From the NCBI RefSeq assembly GCF_009834535.1, contig NC_045696.1, forward strand, positions 68,264,001-68,328,000: 64,000 nt of DNA. Reading direction: 5' to 3'. This document shows, in pieces, positions 1 through 11,234 of this stretch (its first letter is position 1; the number at the start of each line of letters is the position of its first letter). The translations under genes were made by a program, and so were the position numbers. The stretch is from Camelus ferus. Lineage: Eukaryota. The notes below the pieces were generated by a model. That model was not told the DNA's origin. It ran no database searches and worked only from the letters and a program-made list of their open reading frames with translations.

Positions 1-349
1 ATAGGACCTCTTCCCTGCCCCTTCTCCCATTTGCCAAGCAGATTCCCGGTGATAAATGCAGCACTTCGTCCCCTGTACTCACTTCCTCTGTTCTTTCTCA
101 TAACCAAGACCAGCGCTGGTCCAGGCTTCGAGAAGTGGATGTTAGGGCATGAGGGCAAAGTTCACTGAACTGACCTGTCAGTCCCTTTGGCTGCCCAGGC
201 TGTGCTGCGTGTCCATCCAGGCAGAGTCCAATGGTGATTGGCTCTGTCTCATTATTTCTGAAGAGGGACCCATTACCCCCAGGCATCTCAGGATCACCAT
301 GGATTTTCTCTGGCCTTCCATCTATGGTCCAGAGGAACATTCGAATAAA

Positions 350-580
350 AGAAACCTTTACTGAGCACCTATGAAATGCTAGAATCCATTTTTAGATGAG
401 ACAGAGGTAGGTCCATCACAGTCTCTGTTTGCAAAGAGGGAGTAGAAATAAGTGGAAAAATCACTGTGAAATCGTGCAGAGCATGGGGATAGCCACAGGA
501 CAGGGAAGCTTCAAAAGAAAGAAAACTAGTACTTGGTTGCGAGATCATAGAAGGCTGTGTGGAGGAAATGGCTTATGACA
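350..580 (-). mobile_element. L2 LINE fragment (continues ~820-1200 after a MIR)
   Basis: TTTACTGAGCACCTATG 3'-end motif (antisense) and purine-rich GAAGGCTGTGTGGAGGAAATGGC body typical of antisense L2. Confidence 0.55.
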
Positions 581-614
581 GAACAAATCACCGACATTAT
601 TATGATTATGGTTA

Positions 615-808
615 TTATTATAGCTAACTTTTGTTCAGCTCTTACTATGTTCTAGGTACTGTGCTAAGCCCTTGTATGTTATCTTAATTCTTCTTCATGA
701 AAGCCCTGCCCTCTTAGGTAGCATCATTTTGTAAATGAAGACCCTGAGGCCCAGAGAGGTTAAGTAACTTTCCCAAGGCCACCCAGCGTGTAAATGATTA
801 GAGCCCAT
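615..808 (-). mobile_element. MIR SINE
   Basis: TACTATGTTCTAGGTACTGTGCTAAGC ... TGAGGCCCAGAGAGGTTAAGTAACTTTCCCAAGGCCAC matches antisense MIR. Confidence 0.85.
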
Positions 809-1879
809 GATTTCCATGGAGGTACAGTGGTGAGGTATTCCTGGAGGAGGATAAAGAATGGCAGCTCAGAATGGAAAAGCACAGCAGAATTTGATGGGGA
901 ACGGTAAGGGGTTAAGACCAGTGGGACTTGAGGGCCAGTGAGGAGTTTGACTTTGTCCTGGAAGCTGCAGGGAGACTGGGAGTGTCTGAGTAGGACAATG
1001 GAATAATGAGAAGCTGGCTCTTGGAGTGGAAATTTAGCAGGGAGAGCAGGTGGACTGCAGGAGGACTGAAGACGAGGGGGCTCAGCTGAGAGGCCTGGGT
1101 GTAAGGAGAGAGTGATGAGGGCTTGAGCTATGGCGTAGCTCACATAGAAGAAGGGTATAAGGACAACCTCACTCCAGTGAGGATCTCCAGGTGTCTGGAG
1201 AGCTTTTCTTCCTCTCAAGTCTTGTATCAGGCACCATATAAGGCGGCTGGCACTCTTTTCTCTTCTTCAGTGAGTAGTGCATCCTCTGAATTAGAACCCT
1301 TTGCACACGTCTGATTTGCACCTTGTCTCTTCTCCCCACTCTCAAAACCCCAGAGCAGCGGAACCAAATAAATCATAGAGCTATTTTAATGAAATCAGGG
1401 CCCAAAGGAGAATACCTGGCTGGAACCAGAGAGAAGATTCTGTGAGTCCCCAGCTACTTTCAAGAGCTCAAACAGGAGATGGCTCAGAGAGAGGCAGAGA
1501 GGGAGGGAGGGAGGGAGGAGGAACTGTGCACAGGGTCATCCCACAGGGACCTCCGGCTGGTGTGCCGACTCCATCCCACGCTCCGGAGGAGCCTCCTGCA
1601 ATGGCTTTGGCTGAGGCCAAGGCGAGCATGAAAGCTGCAAAGGTTTTTGCCTCAGCCAGGTGAGTGTAGTCCCTGGTGGTCAAGCTCTGCCTTCCAAAGA
1701 GCTGCTTTGGCATCTCAGAGAACAGCCCAGTGTGGGACTTCTAGGCCTCAACGTCCCAGGAAGGAAATGCAGTCAGCATGACAGCGAAAGGAAGGGGCCC
1801 CTAGGGACAAGTTAATCCAATCTGAGTGCCCGGAGCGGGCATGTGAATGACAGGAACTCACACGATCACCTCTCTTCCT

Positions 1880-2125
1880 GATTTATTTTACAAACATATG
1901 GTGCTTATGGGCCAGGTACTGTTCTAAGCACTCCATTAAGTTATTAACTTATTTAATTCTCAGGGCATCCTATAAGGTATGAGCTTTTACCCTCTTTTTA
2001 CTGATAAGCAAATGGAGGCGCAGAGACATGAAGTAACTTGGCCAAAGCCTCACAGTCATCGGTGTGTCAGGAGTGAACCTGGACCATTTGGCTACAGAGT
2101 TGAACTCTGAACCCCGGAGCTCTGT
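1880..2125 (-). mobile_element. MIR SINE
   Basis: GCCAGGTACTGTTCTAAGCACT ... GAGGCGCAGAGACATGAAGTAACTTGGCCAAAGCCTCACAG. Confidence 0.85.
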
Positions 2126-2819
2126 TACCCTTTATTCTAATTTCCACTCTAAGCCTCTAGCACTCCTACAAAAGAGGGAGAACAGAACAAATCATTTCTA
2201 AAGTTGCACCGAGCTCTAACACTTTGTGATTCAGTGGAATCAGTAAGCAGTTAGGGCTCAGGCTGTGAGTTTTCAGTGGGCTGTTAAATGCGCTTTGGTG
2301 TGTCACAACTACGCCGTGTGTGTGCATTTCCCTGAATCCTGGCGTTGGCTGGCCACCACACCGGCTGTGACTGCGTGGATCCGCGGGCCCATTGCAGGGC
2401 CCAGATCTTCACATCGGAGCCTAACGGATTCTGCACCTCTTTGCAAAGCTCCAGCCAAGGGGATTGTGAAAACAGCACTCAATCTAAGCAGAGAAGTGAG
2501 TTGAGGAAGTAACTGTAAAGATGTGGGCTGCCGGGGTAAAGTGATTCAGTGAGATAAGGCCGGGAGGAAATACTCGGCCCGAGCGCTGCCCAGGGAGGTA
2601 GGCCAGAGGCTTCAGTTTCCTTAGCAAGGAAAGTGAGGCAGGTGATTGGCTGTTGGCAACGAGGTTACTTGAGTGGAAGAAATAGGACCTTTCTGGTGTC
2701 CCAAATAAGAAAGGCCCTGTTTGGTAATACAATCTCCCATTTCCTTGTTTGTTTAAACATTCAAATGGGATATGGCTAAATTCACATTGTGGATTCCTGG
2801 GTGGGAAGGTGGTAGGTGG

Positions 2820-2938
2820 GGTGAAAAGAATGCTGGCCTGGAGCTGGCACATTTAAGTTCCAACCCTGGATCTGCTCCTAACTAGGTGAGAGGCATTAGA
2901 TGAGTCACAGCCCACCGTGGCTTCAGTTTACCTATAAG
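2820..2938 (+). mobile_element. MIR SINE 5' part
   Basis: GAAAAGAATGCTGGCCTGGAGC..AGTTCCAACCCTGGATCTGCTCCTAACTAG..CTTCAGTTTACC resembles MIR head and core. Confidence 0.65.
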
Positions 2939-2944
2939 AACAGT

Positions 2945-3180
2945 GACTATTTATTGAGGACTTGGCATGCTGGGACCTGTTCTCAGAACCTGCCACGGAT
3001 AACCCCACCTAATTCTTACAATGGTGCCATGAGGGAGAGACTGTAATTAGTGCCATAACTCAGAGGAGGAAAAGGAGGCTCAGAGAGGTGAAGGCACTTA
3101 CCCAAGGTCATACACTAAGCAGTGGGGCTGGAATTGTTTCTAGGGAGTCTGGCTCCTACCCGTGTTCTGAGGCACAACAC
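2945..3180 (-). mobile_element. MIR SINE
   Basis: TATTTATTGAG ... GAGGCTCAGAGAGGTGAAGGCACTTACCCAAGGTCATACAC. Confidence 0.85.
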
Positions 3181-3369
3181 TACACGGCCCTTGTCTTTAT
3201 AGAGAGGGTCGGGCTCTCTGAGTGCACTGTGTGCAGTGCTATTTAGGATACTTGGGATGAAGATGGCCCTTCTGGGAGCTGTAGATGGCTCTGCTCAGCT
3301 CTGGGCTCTGGACTTGAGCCTGTCTTTGCTCATGCCTTTGTTCCTGAAGAATCTGACAGTTTCTATCAC

Positions 3370-3480
3370 CTCCTCTGGCGGTCAGCTCTCTGAGGGCCGG
3401 GCTCCATCACTGCCTTCCTAGTGATACGCGCTGTGCCCAGTGGGTAGTAGGTGCTCAGCGAACATCTGTCGAATGAACGT
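3370..3480 (+). mobile_element. L2 3' end
   Basis: TAGTAGGTGCTCAGCGAACATCTGTCGAATGAA matches the L2 terminus. Confidence 0.7.
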
Positions 3481-4274
3481 AAGGAAGAGTCGCTGGCCCC
3501 GGTGGAGCAGAGGAGCGGTGGAAGTGATGGGAAGTATGAGAGAAGCAGAACAGAGCCAGCTCAGTGGAGTGTGAGTTGGTCCAGACAGTCTGGGAGCTGA
3601 AGAGTTTGGCCAAGAGCTAAGATTTCGGCTTTCAGGTGAAAAGTGGCAGTGTAGCATGTGATCCCCTTGCAACAGACAGACTCTCCATTGAGGAGTCAAC
3701 ACATGGAAATGTCTGCTGAAGTCTGCCCCATAGGGTCTGGCTGCTAAGAAGGGCCTTGCGAGTGAAGCCCGTTTCCGCCAGCTCTCAGGGAGGCCCTGGC
3801 AAGTCCTTCAGCCTCCTGGGGCTGGGCTTGCCTCTTCTGGCCAATTCCTCCTCTAGCCAGTTGGGGTTGGGACTAAACTCTCAGCCGCTTATGACCCCAC
3901 CTGAGCTTTCCTTCCTTCCTAGGGAGCCCTGCATGTCCCAGCCACACGCTGCCCATCACAGCTCACCTGTCCTGGGTTCTGTGCCTTCAGGACCCTGTCC
4001 TTAGCTACCCTGATGACCACACCTCCTGATGTGCACTTGGGTATTTATGTGCTTTGTGCTGGTAAAATATTCACATTTTGCCAGGCCCTTGAAGACAGTT
4101 AATGGTGGGGCTTTTCAGCCCTGGAGAGGTTTATGGGGGCAAGATTGTAATTAATTACAGTTATAACCACAATGCAATTGACAAACACTTCCTTGTCCTT
4201 TATGTCATCTGACGTCATGTGCAAGGGCAGCTAGGAGGGGCACCGGGGGCCTGTGGAGGGCACCTGAGTGGCCC

Positions 4275-4615
4275 CAGCTTTGCCACTAGCTGTGGGGCCT
4301 CTTTCTCAGTGTCTTCCCTTCCTAGGAGAGAAGGCTGATGAGATGGTCCTAGGGCTCCTTTGGCTTTAACCTTCCACAAATCTAGGTCTTAGGAGCATGT
4401 TTCACAGAGAGCAAATGAGGTTTAGGTGGCTTAGGGCATTTGGAACCCACAGCATTTTTATATGGCTTCCCGGTGTGCAAAGTGCCAGCCGGTCCCGAGA
4501 TGGGAAGTACAGGGGTTGCTGTTATTACACTCATTTCACAGACAAGGACTCAGAGAGATTAAATGAAGGGTCTCAAGACACACAGCAAGATGAAGGAACT
4601 AGGACTTAAACCCCA
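4275..4615. mobile_element. MIR3 (+, ~4275-4380) and MIR (-, ~4450-4615) fragments
   Basis: AGATGGTCCTAGGGCTCCTTTGGCTTTAAC (MIR3 tail); CATTTCACAGACAAGGACTCAGAGAGATTAAATGA (antisense core). Confidence 0.6.
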
Positions 4616-5039
4616 CCCCCAGGATGGCCAGCCCTGCCTGTGGGGTTAGTAGCGTCTCTTGGGAGCTCTTGGTCTGGTTCTTCTTGAGCTCCCCTGAGAC
4701 CTAGGGCCAGATTGGCTCCCAGAGAGCTGCAGCTGGGCTCTGGGGTGACTCCACTTTGAGACAACCAGGCTACGGCTTCCCCTCAAATCCCAGACCCTCA
4801 GACTGTGCTGTACCCTGCGCAACCAACTTCCTGCCTGTGGCAGCTGCCAGCAGCTGTGTGCTGGGTGTTCTCTGTCTGACCCTCCACATCCATTCTCCTG
4901 CCTCCTCTTCCCACCTCTCCAGGAGGTGGACCTCTGTGGAGATCAGTAGGTTCCTCTCTGCCCTCTGGCTTCTGGTTGGATTCAGCCTGGCACTGATTAG
5001 ATGACTGGAAGGTGGGAGAAGGGAGGTGTGAGGATAGAT

Positions 5040-5363
5040 CTTCCCCAGCCCCATCTCTGTGGGCTGTCGGTTGACAGTGGCCACGTGTGTCTGCCAAAGG
5101 TCGCATCTCCAGCTAGGCTGCCCTCTCCTAGCTCCCCAGCCCTGCCCAGCTCACTGCCAGGCGCTGGTAACTGCCTCTTCCTTTGCCCTTTCAGCCTGAG
5201 GACTGGTTAGAGCTCTCAGTTACTTTTATCCTTAGGGTGCATCACTATCTCTTGGTTTTTCTTAACCCTGCCCACACCTTCATAAATTATCCTTTAATGA
5301 ATCTCTTTGGTCACCCTCTTTTGAGTGGGTCCTCTTCTTCCTCCTTGGACCGTGACTGATACG
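5040..5363 (+). mobile_element. LTR33-like ERVL solo LTR, 3' part
   Basis: CTTAACCCTGCCCACACCTTCATAAAT...TTTGAGTGGG...GGACCGTGACTGATAC matches the recalled LTR33 3' end. Confidence 0.75.
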
Positions 5364-5509
5364 CTGCCTCTTTCCTCCTCGTCTCTCATCTTCCATTTGT
5401 TAAAAGCATGGATGAGCCCAGGCTTTCCACATGAAGATCTGCCAGTATTGTTCCCTGCAGGAAAAACAAAACCAAGTCAGAGAGAAAAGCAAAAAGTTGG
5501 AGTTGCCAG

Positions 5510-5735
5510 GGGGTGGTAAAGGGCACTGAGCTTCGACATGGAGGCAGAAGACCCAAGTTTGCCACTTACTAGCTCTGTCGTCTTGCCAGTCATCTGGCCC
5601 TTGCACTAAACAGAAGTAAAAATCATTTTTGTCTTATGTTTCCCAAGAGCCTCTTGGGCAGATCAAATGAGATGACACCAGAGGAAGTACTCTGGATGCT
5701 AAAGCATTTTCTGAGCATTAGGTGTTACTGTTGTT
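5510..5735 (+). mobile_element. MIR SINE
   Basis: GCCACTTACTAGCTCTGTCGTCTTGCCAGTCA ... ATCAAATGAGATGAC. Confidence 0.75.
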
Positions 5736-6489
5736 GTTTTTATCAGACACGGCATGTGGACAAAATCCTCAAAAAGCCCAGGGCTGCATTTTCCAACGTG
5801 CTCAGATTTCCCTGTCGCCCCTGTGCCTCCTGGATTAGGAGACCTGGCATTTGTGGAATCCAAGATTAATGTTCGGAGAGGGTTGGCCAAGCATGGGCCC
5901 ACATGAGCAGAGCTAAAAATACCTTTGACCTCAGCGGGAGCATCTCAGTCCTGGAGGGGGTGAGCCTTAGGAACAGAGGGTGTGAGGGAAATGATTGCCC
6001 TCATTCAGCGGGGGGTGAGGAGAGGACAGGGAGAAGATGACTGTCACAGGCCATCCTTTTCAAAAGTCGGTGGGAACACTGGCTTGATCGCTCTTGATCT
6101 CTGTCTGTCTGTCTCTCTGTCAATCTTTCTGTCTCCTCTGTGTATGTTGGGGTGCCGGGTAGGGGTAAAGAGGATTAGCCTGAACGTTTTGTACTTTCCT
6201 GTTAGAGTAAAGACAATGCCTTAAAGCTCTTCCTCATGGCTGAGCCTCTGAGGGATTTTCCCAGACTGCCCTGTGGGGCTCACAGACCCTTCCAACCAGA
6301 GGGAGGTAAGGAGGCGACTCTAGGACCTTGGTGTGGAGCTGACTACAGAAGATGACTTCCATCCAGGGAAGGAGACGCTTGTCCAGGAGCCTCGGTGTGA
6401 TTTCTCCAGGGATGAGGAGTAGGGAGGCTCATTGTCTCTCCATCCTAAATATCAGTGGTTGTCAAACAATAATCCCTAGCACTCTAGAC

Positions 6490-6634
6490 TGTCACTGCTG
6501 TAAGCGTGGTCCATGGATCACCAGCAGAGACATCACCCGGAAATTCAGGTCCCACCCAGACCTCTAGATCAGACTCTGCCTTTTGACCAGACCCACTATG
6601 GATTCACATGCTCGTTAAAGTTCCAGGAGCACTG
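6490..6634 (+). mobile_element. MER5A1-like hAT-Charlie MITE
   Basis: GTGGTCCATGGATCACCAGCA..CCCACCCAGACCT..TTAAAGTTCCAGGAGCACTG; flanked by CTCTAGAC / TTCTAGAA (degenerate 8-bp hAT TSD with TCTAGA core). Confidence 0.8.
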
Positions 6635-7799
6635 TTCTAGAATCTCTCCGAAGCACCTGAGGGGGCCACTAAAGGGTGCTTTCCAGATGCCTATGTGGGG
6701 TCTCATAAGAGATAACATTTAAAAAAGAAGTTCCATTTGTATTGTAAAAAAAGAAGGAAAGTTTGGAATCAACGTGATCTTTCCCTTCCTTTGGTGGAAG
6801 AGGATGTTCCGCTGATGTCAGGACCCAGATCCTTGCCTCTCCTTCTGAGGCCAGCCCCTATCCTTTCCCATCAGCAACTCAGACGCCTAGCACAAGCCTG
6901 GCGTGGAGGAGGCTCTGTGCACGAGCAGCTGTGTTAGGCAACTAGTGGGAATCGGACTGTTCCTTCGCTACTTCTCAGCTACTTCTCAGCTCTGGGAGTC
7001 TAGCCTTGACAGGGCTGACTGGTGAGGCCCTGAGGACAAAAAAGCAGCTTGCTGTGACCTGGGACTTAGGACTCAGCCTGGTTCTTTGAAAGGGGAGGGC
7101 AGGAGGGTGCGGAGCTTCCTCCTCTGTAGGTGGAATTACGCGGGGAAGCTTATTGTTTGTTGTACGAGGAACAGCCTGGCAGGAGCTGAGAAGAGAGAAG
7201 TCTGCCTCCAGCTGGGATCTGGGCACAGCCCCACGGCAGCAGGTTTTCAGGATTTCCAGAGGGAGTGCTTGGCGGCCTGCAGTCTCAGTTTGCTGCAATT
7301 ATAAATATCTGTGATTTGCATTCCCTTCGCATCCTCCCCTGGAGTTGCTCAGCGAGTTCTGCCATCGCTCCCCCTCCCCCTGCCCTACCTCACACAGGTC
7401 CCTGACAGGCAACGTGCAAGTCTCCCATCTCACAGCAGGGGAGACTGAGGCTCTACAAGCCGCCCAAGTGCCCCACCTACATGTGGGCGGACTCCAGGAA
7501 GAAGCCAGCATCTTAGCGCAGCCTCAGAATCCTTCCAACACCAGCTGCAGGCTTTCTGGCCTGAACTCTGGGCCCTCCTCATCCTGCATTTATCCCGCAG
7601 TGCAGAACCCCTCCCCCCACCCCTGCCGGCCTTTCCCGAACACACGGTCCCTCAAATTGTGCAGACGTGTTCCTTTCTCTGTTTCCACACCTCGACACTG
7701 CCAGACACATACCTGTGCCTCTCTTGGGTAGCACGACTGTCCTCCCTTGTTTGGAACCATCTGACAATGTGCCCCACCCCCGGCCCCGCTTTTGGCAGC

Positions 7800-7890
7800 T
7801 TTCAAAATCACAAAGGCACAGTGTGTTTTAGCCCCTTGGTCCTAGCACAGTGCCATCCTCAGAAGAAACTTGTGTTAATGATGAATGACA
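7800..7890 (+). mobile_element. L2 3' end
   Basis: CCTAGCACAGTGCC..ACTTGTGTTAATGATGAATGA. Confidence 0.55.
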
Positions 7891-8126
7891 GAAACGTACA
7901 GCCTGGTGGATGATACAGAGAGAGAGAGTGTTTCATAGACTTTCCTGGCTGAGAGGAGCATGCCATTCGACCATTCTGAGGCTTTGCAGGAGCCCATGCG
8001 AAAAAGATTTGGAGCTGAAGCTACAGCTCCCTAATGAAAAAATCTCCCTGCGGCTTAGAGACATCTTAGGTACAAACCTGGCACTAGCTTGTGACTCAAG
8101 ATACTTGAGTTACCTGAGTCTTAGGG

Positions 8127-8260
8127 TTTCTTTCTTCCTTTCTTTCTCTCTTTCTTTCTCNNNNNNNNNNNNNNNNNNNNNNNNNNNNNNNNNNNNNNNN
8201 NNNNNNNNNNNNNNNNNNNNNNNNNNNNNNNNNNNNNNNNNNNNNNNNNNNNNNNNNNNN
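8127..8260. other. Pyrimidine (TTTC/TC)n microsatellite running into a 100-N assembly gap (8161-8260)
   Basis: Directly visible; exactly 100 N is a usual placeholder for a gap of unknown size. Confidence 0.95.
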
Positions 8261-9119
8261 CTTTTCCCCCATCAGTAATATTTCAATGACTTTTACAAAC
8301 TCGCCCGCCTGCTTTTTAATAAGCTGGGCCTTTGCCTTGATGGTACGTGTGCAAGATCTGACCTTTTCATAGGAAAAAACATTCATAACCGAAGACTATA
8401 TATAGAAGCTGAAGACGGGAGCAGATAAAGATGTAGGTCATCTGACTTTGTGTGTGAAGCAAAATGCAAGAGGGACGCAGGAGACAATTCAAAACTTATG
8501 AAATCCTGCCACTGGCTTGAGCCTGCCTAATATTTATCAAAGGCTTTCAATAATGACTTTGTTTTCAATGGGGAATTACAATACCACCTTCTATCCCCAA
8601 ACGCTCCACAGGGGAAATTTACTTAGTTTAACAATGTGTTTCACTATCTGATTAACTCTTGACGATTCCAGTTAAAGGAAGGAACAGTGACCATCAAAAT
8701 GTATTCAGGGAACACATATTTAAAATAACAGATGGGTAATCAAAAAATCTGCCTTGTGTCAGAAGAAGACATTTCCCCAGGCTCATCGTTACCTATGTGA
8801 ACATAAACCAAATTCCTCAGCATTCAAGGCTGGTGTGGTCTGGAAGTTCCTTGCCTTTCCAACCTTCTCCCCAAAGCCCCTTTTCATACTCTTGTTCCAG
8901 CAAATGTTATACACCTCTGCCTCCGTGCTCCTTTACCTTTGCCTTCGCTCCCTGTCTTCGCTCTTCTTGGCGCCCCCTTTCCTGGACATCTCTGCATGTC
9001 TACATCTATTCTGAAATCTACGGCTCAAATGCAGTCTCCTCCGAAAATCCTTCCTTCCCTTCCTCCCCAAGCTGATCACAACTTGTTCTGGATTATGCTT
9101 ACTGGTGTCCATTATAGCC

Positions 9120-9242
9120 CATCCTGTTAGACTGTGGACTCTTTGAGAACAGGGCACAAGTGACCCCCCACAGCGCATGCTACTGAAGACCATGCACCTA
9201 TAAAGTACATCCCTGCAAAATGCTTATTGAGTGAATGAATTC
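9120..9242 (+). mobile_element. L2 3' end
   Basis: TTAGACTGTGGACTCTTTGAGAACAGGG ... AAATGCTTATTGAGTGAATGAAT. Confidence 0.75.
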
Positions 9243-9299
9243 GGCTTGGGATGCGCTCGCGGTGATTTGTGGGATGTTTATGTACAGCTACTGTGCTGA

Positions 9300-9462
9300 G
9301 CATGACCTCACTGGAGCATCACCAGTAAACCCATGAAGTTATGACTATTGTGTTGCTTTCTTCAGCTGAAAAAACTAGAGCTCAAAGCAGTTTTAAACCT
9401 CACCCAACATCACATAGCTGGTGGAAGGCTAGGCCAGCGTTCAAACTTAGATCGGTCTGGCC
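9300..9462 (-). mobile_element. MIR SINE interrupted by MER63
   Basis: CTCACCCAACATCACATAGCTGGTGG..GTTCAAACTTAGATCGGTCTGGCC, resuming as TCAAAGTC after 9894. Confidence 0.65.
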
Positions 9463-9886
9463 CAGATGTTTGCTGGGAGCTGACTCGTTCCAGCTTACAA
9501 GAGCCGATTGTTAGGTTATCAGGAATTTTGTGAACTGATTGGAAGTATAGCTATTATTAAAAATTAAATTGTGTAGACATACAAATAAATTATATTAAAA
9601 ACAATGGTAAGAAATACTCAAAACTCATCACTTCCTATTATTTTATGACATTGTATTATCATGTATGTTCGTGAGGGTATTAATTTTGCTTGTATCCATA
9701 CATTAGAACTATTCCATACTGCTGTGCATTCATTCCAAACTCCATATTCAGCGCTGATAGCTTGAAAGTGGCCATGGTGGGAATATCTATTCCGAGGATA
9801 CTGGAAAACACAACAAATGAAAACTTCCTCTTACCACCCGCCTCCCACTGAGAGCCAGTTGTGAAACATTTATCAGCTCACCATTG
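9463..9886 (+). mobile_element. MER63(B)-like hAT-Blackjack DNA transposon
   Basis: GAGCCGATTGTTAGGTTATCAGGAATTTTG and AGAGCCAGTTGTGAAACATTTATCAGCTCACCATTG ends; perfect 8-bp TSD GTCTGGCC at 9455-9462 and 9887-9894. Confidence 0.9.
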
Positions 9887-10354
9887 GTCTGGCCTCAAAG
9901 TCAGACAAATACTTCAGTAAGTAATTGGCTTTGGGTCCAAGACACACACAGACTCCTCTGTTTCCAGGCTTAACTCTCAACCAGGGGGGCCCAGCTTTGG
10001 ACCATCACAGATGAGCTGAGTCCTGATGGCAGGAAATTGACTCTTCCATGGTTCCTGTGGGCTTCAGGGTTGGCCTAAAGGTAATTCCTCCTGGTGATTT
10101 TGTGCCTATGCCCATATATCCTAAACCGCTAAGGCATGTTTAATTATCCTCTTCATCACATTCTATGTACAAAAACATGCGATGAATCTCTTGTAGAGTA
10201 AAATGGGAGTTCCAAAACATGGATATACATTTATTTCCTCAAATTTACATGAATATAAAAGCCTACTGTTTTATCTATGTATCCTCAGAAACTGGATTTC
10301 CTGTCCACAATTTCTACCCTATGCATCTTGTGTGTGGTTCTCAGGAAATGAGAT

Positions 10355-10510
10355 CTGAACTTGGAACCAGAGGTTATGGGTTTCAGTACTAGTTCTTTAA
10401 CTCAAGAACAGGTGTTTTAGCATCGCTGGGCCTCAGTTTCCTCATCTGTCAGATGAGGAGTTGGGCTTAGATGGCCTTAAAACCCTCCTGGCTCTACTTC
10501 TAAATGACAC
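10355..10510 (+). mobile_element. MIR3/MIRc SINE
   Basis: GGGCCTCAGTTTCCTCATCTGTCAGATGAGGAGTTGGGCTTAGATGGCCTTAAAACCC. Confidence 0.85.
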
Positions 10511-11234
10511 TACATGCTGCTTCTCTCCTCCAGGGCTGTTTGTACATCTGTAACCAACGGGGGTGGGGCGGGTTTGAATCAGGTATTTCCTAAGGTCCTT
10601 TGCAGCTCCATAAGCTGGTGCATCCACGTGAGAAGCCCCGTCTTCCACCTACTGTGCCGTGCCTACCGGACGCCGTCACACCTGACTTACCACCAGGAAA
10701 AGGCCAGGTAAGCTGAACACCCGGAACTTAGGCGCCAAGAGAGGAATTGGAGATGGAGCTGCTTTTCTGGCCAGGAGCTGTAACTGCCACAGGGCCAGGC
10801 TGCCACCGCCCTCAAAACAAAGGGAAATGCGTAGGTGGAGGGAGCGCCTCTGCTGTTTTCTTTTAGATGGTCTAGAGGACTAAAGAAGTGAGGGTGAGAT
10901 ATCAGTACAGAGGTTTTGATTTGACACTCCAGCTGGGTCTGCAGTCAGGAGGGTGGGGGCGAGGGAGGCACAAGACGTAAGCTGGGTGACACTCTCTGTT
11001 GGACTGGGGAGACCAGGGTGACAGTGGAAAGGAAGGAGAGGGTGACGCAGGAGCTGCTAGCCTCGTTCTCAGGGGGAGCAGAGCACAGGCGCCCAGATAG
11101 CACACCTCCATCTCTGCCCTTACTTGATGACCCCAAAGCTACCGCTCATTTGTATCTCTATGGAAAATCAAAAAGTGTTCGTGACCCCTCATCTATGTCG
11201 TCATTCTCATCCTCCCCCACACAACCCCTTATGC

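Noticed and set aside
1607..1620. NFI palindrome TTGGC-N-GCCAA (also at 17391-17404)
   Set aside because: Spacer is 4 nt, not the canonical 5.
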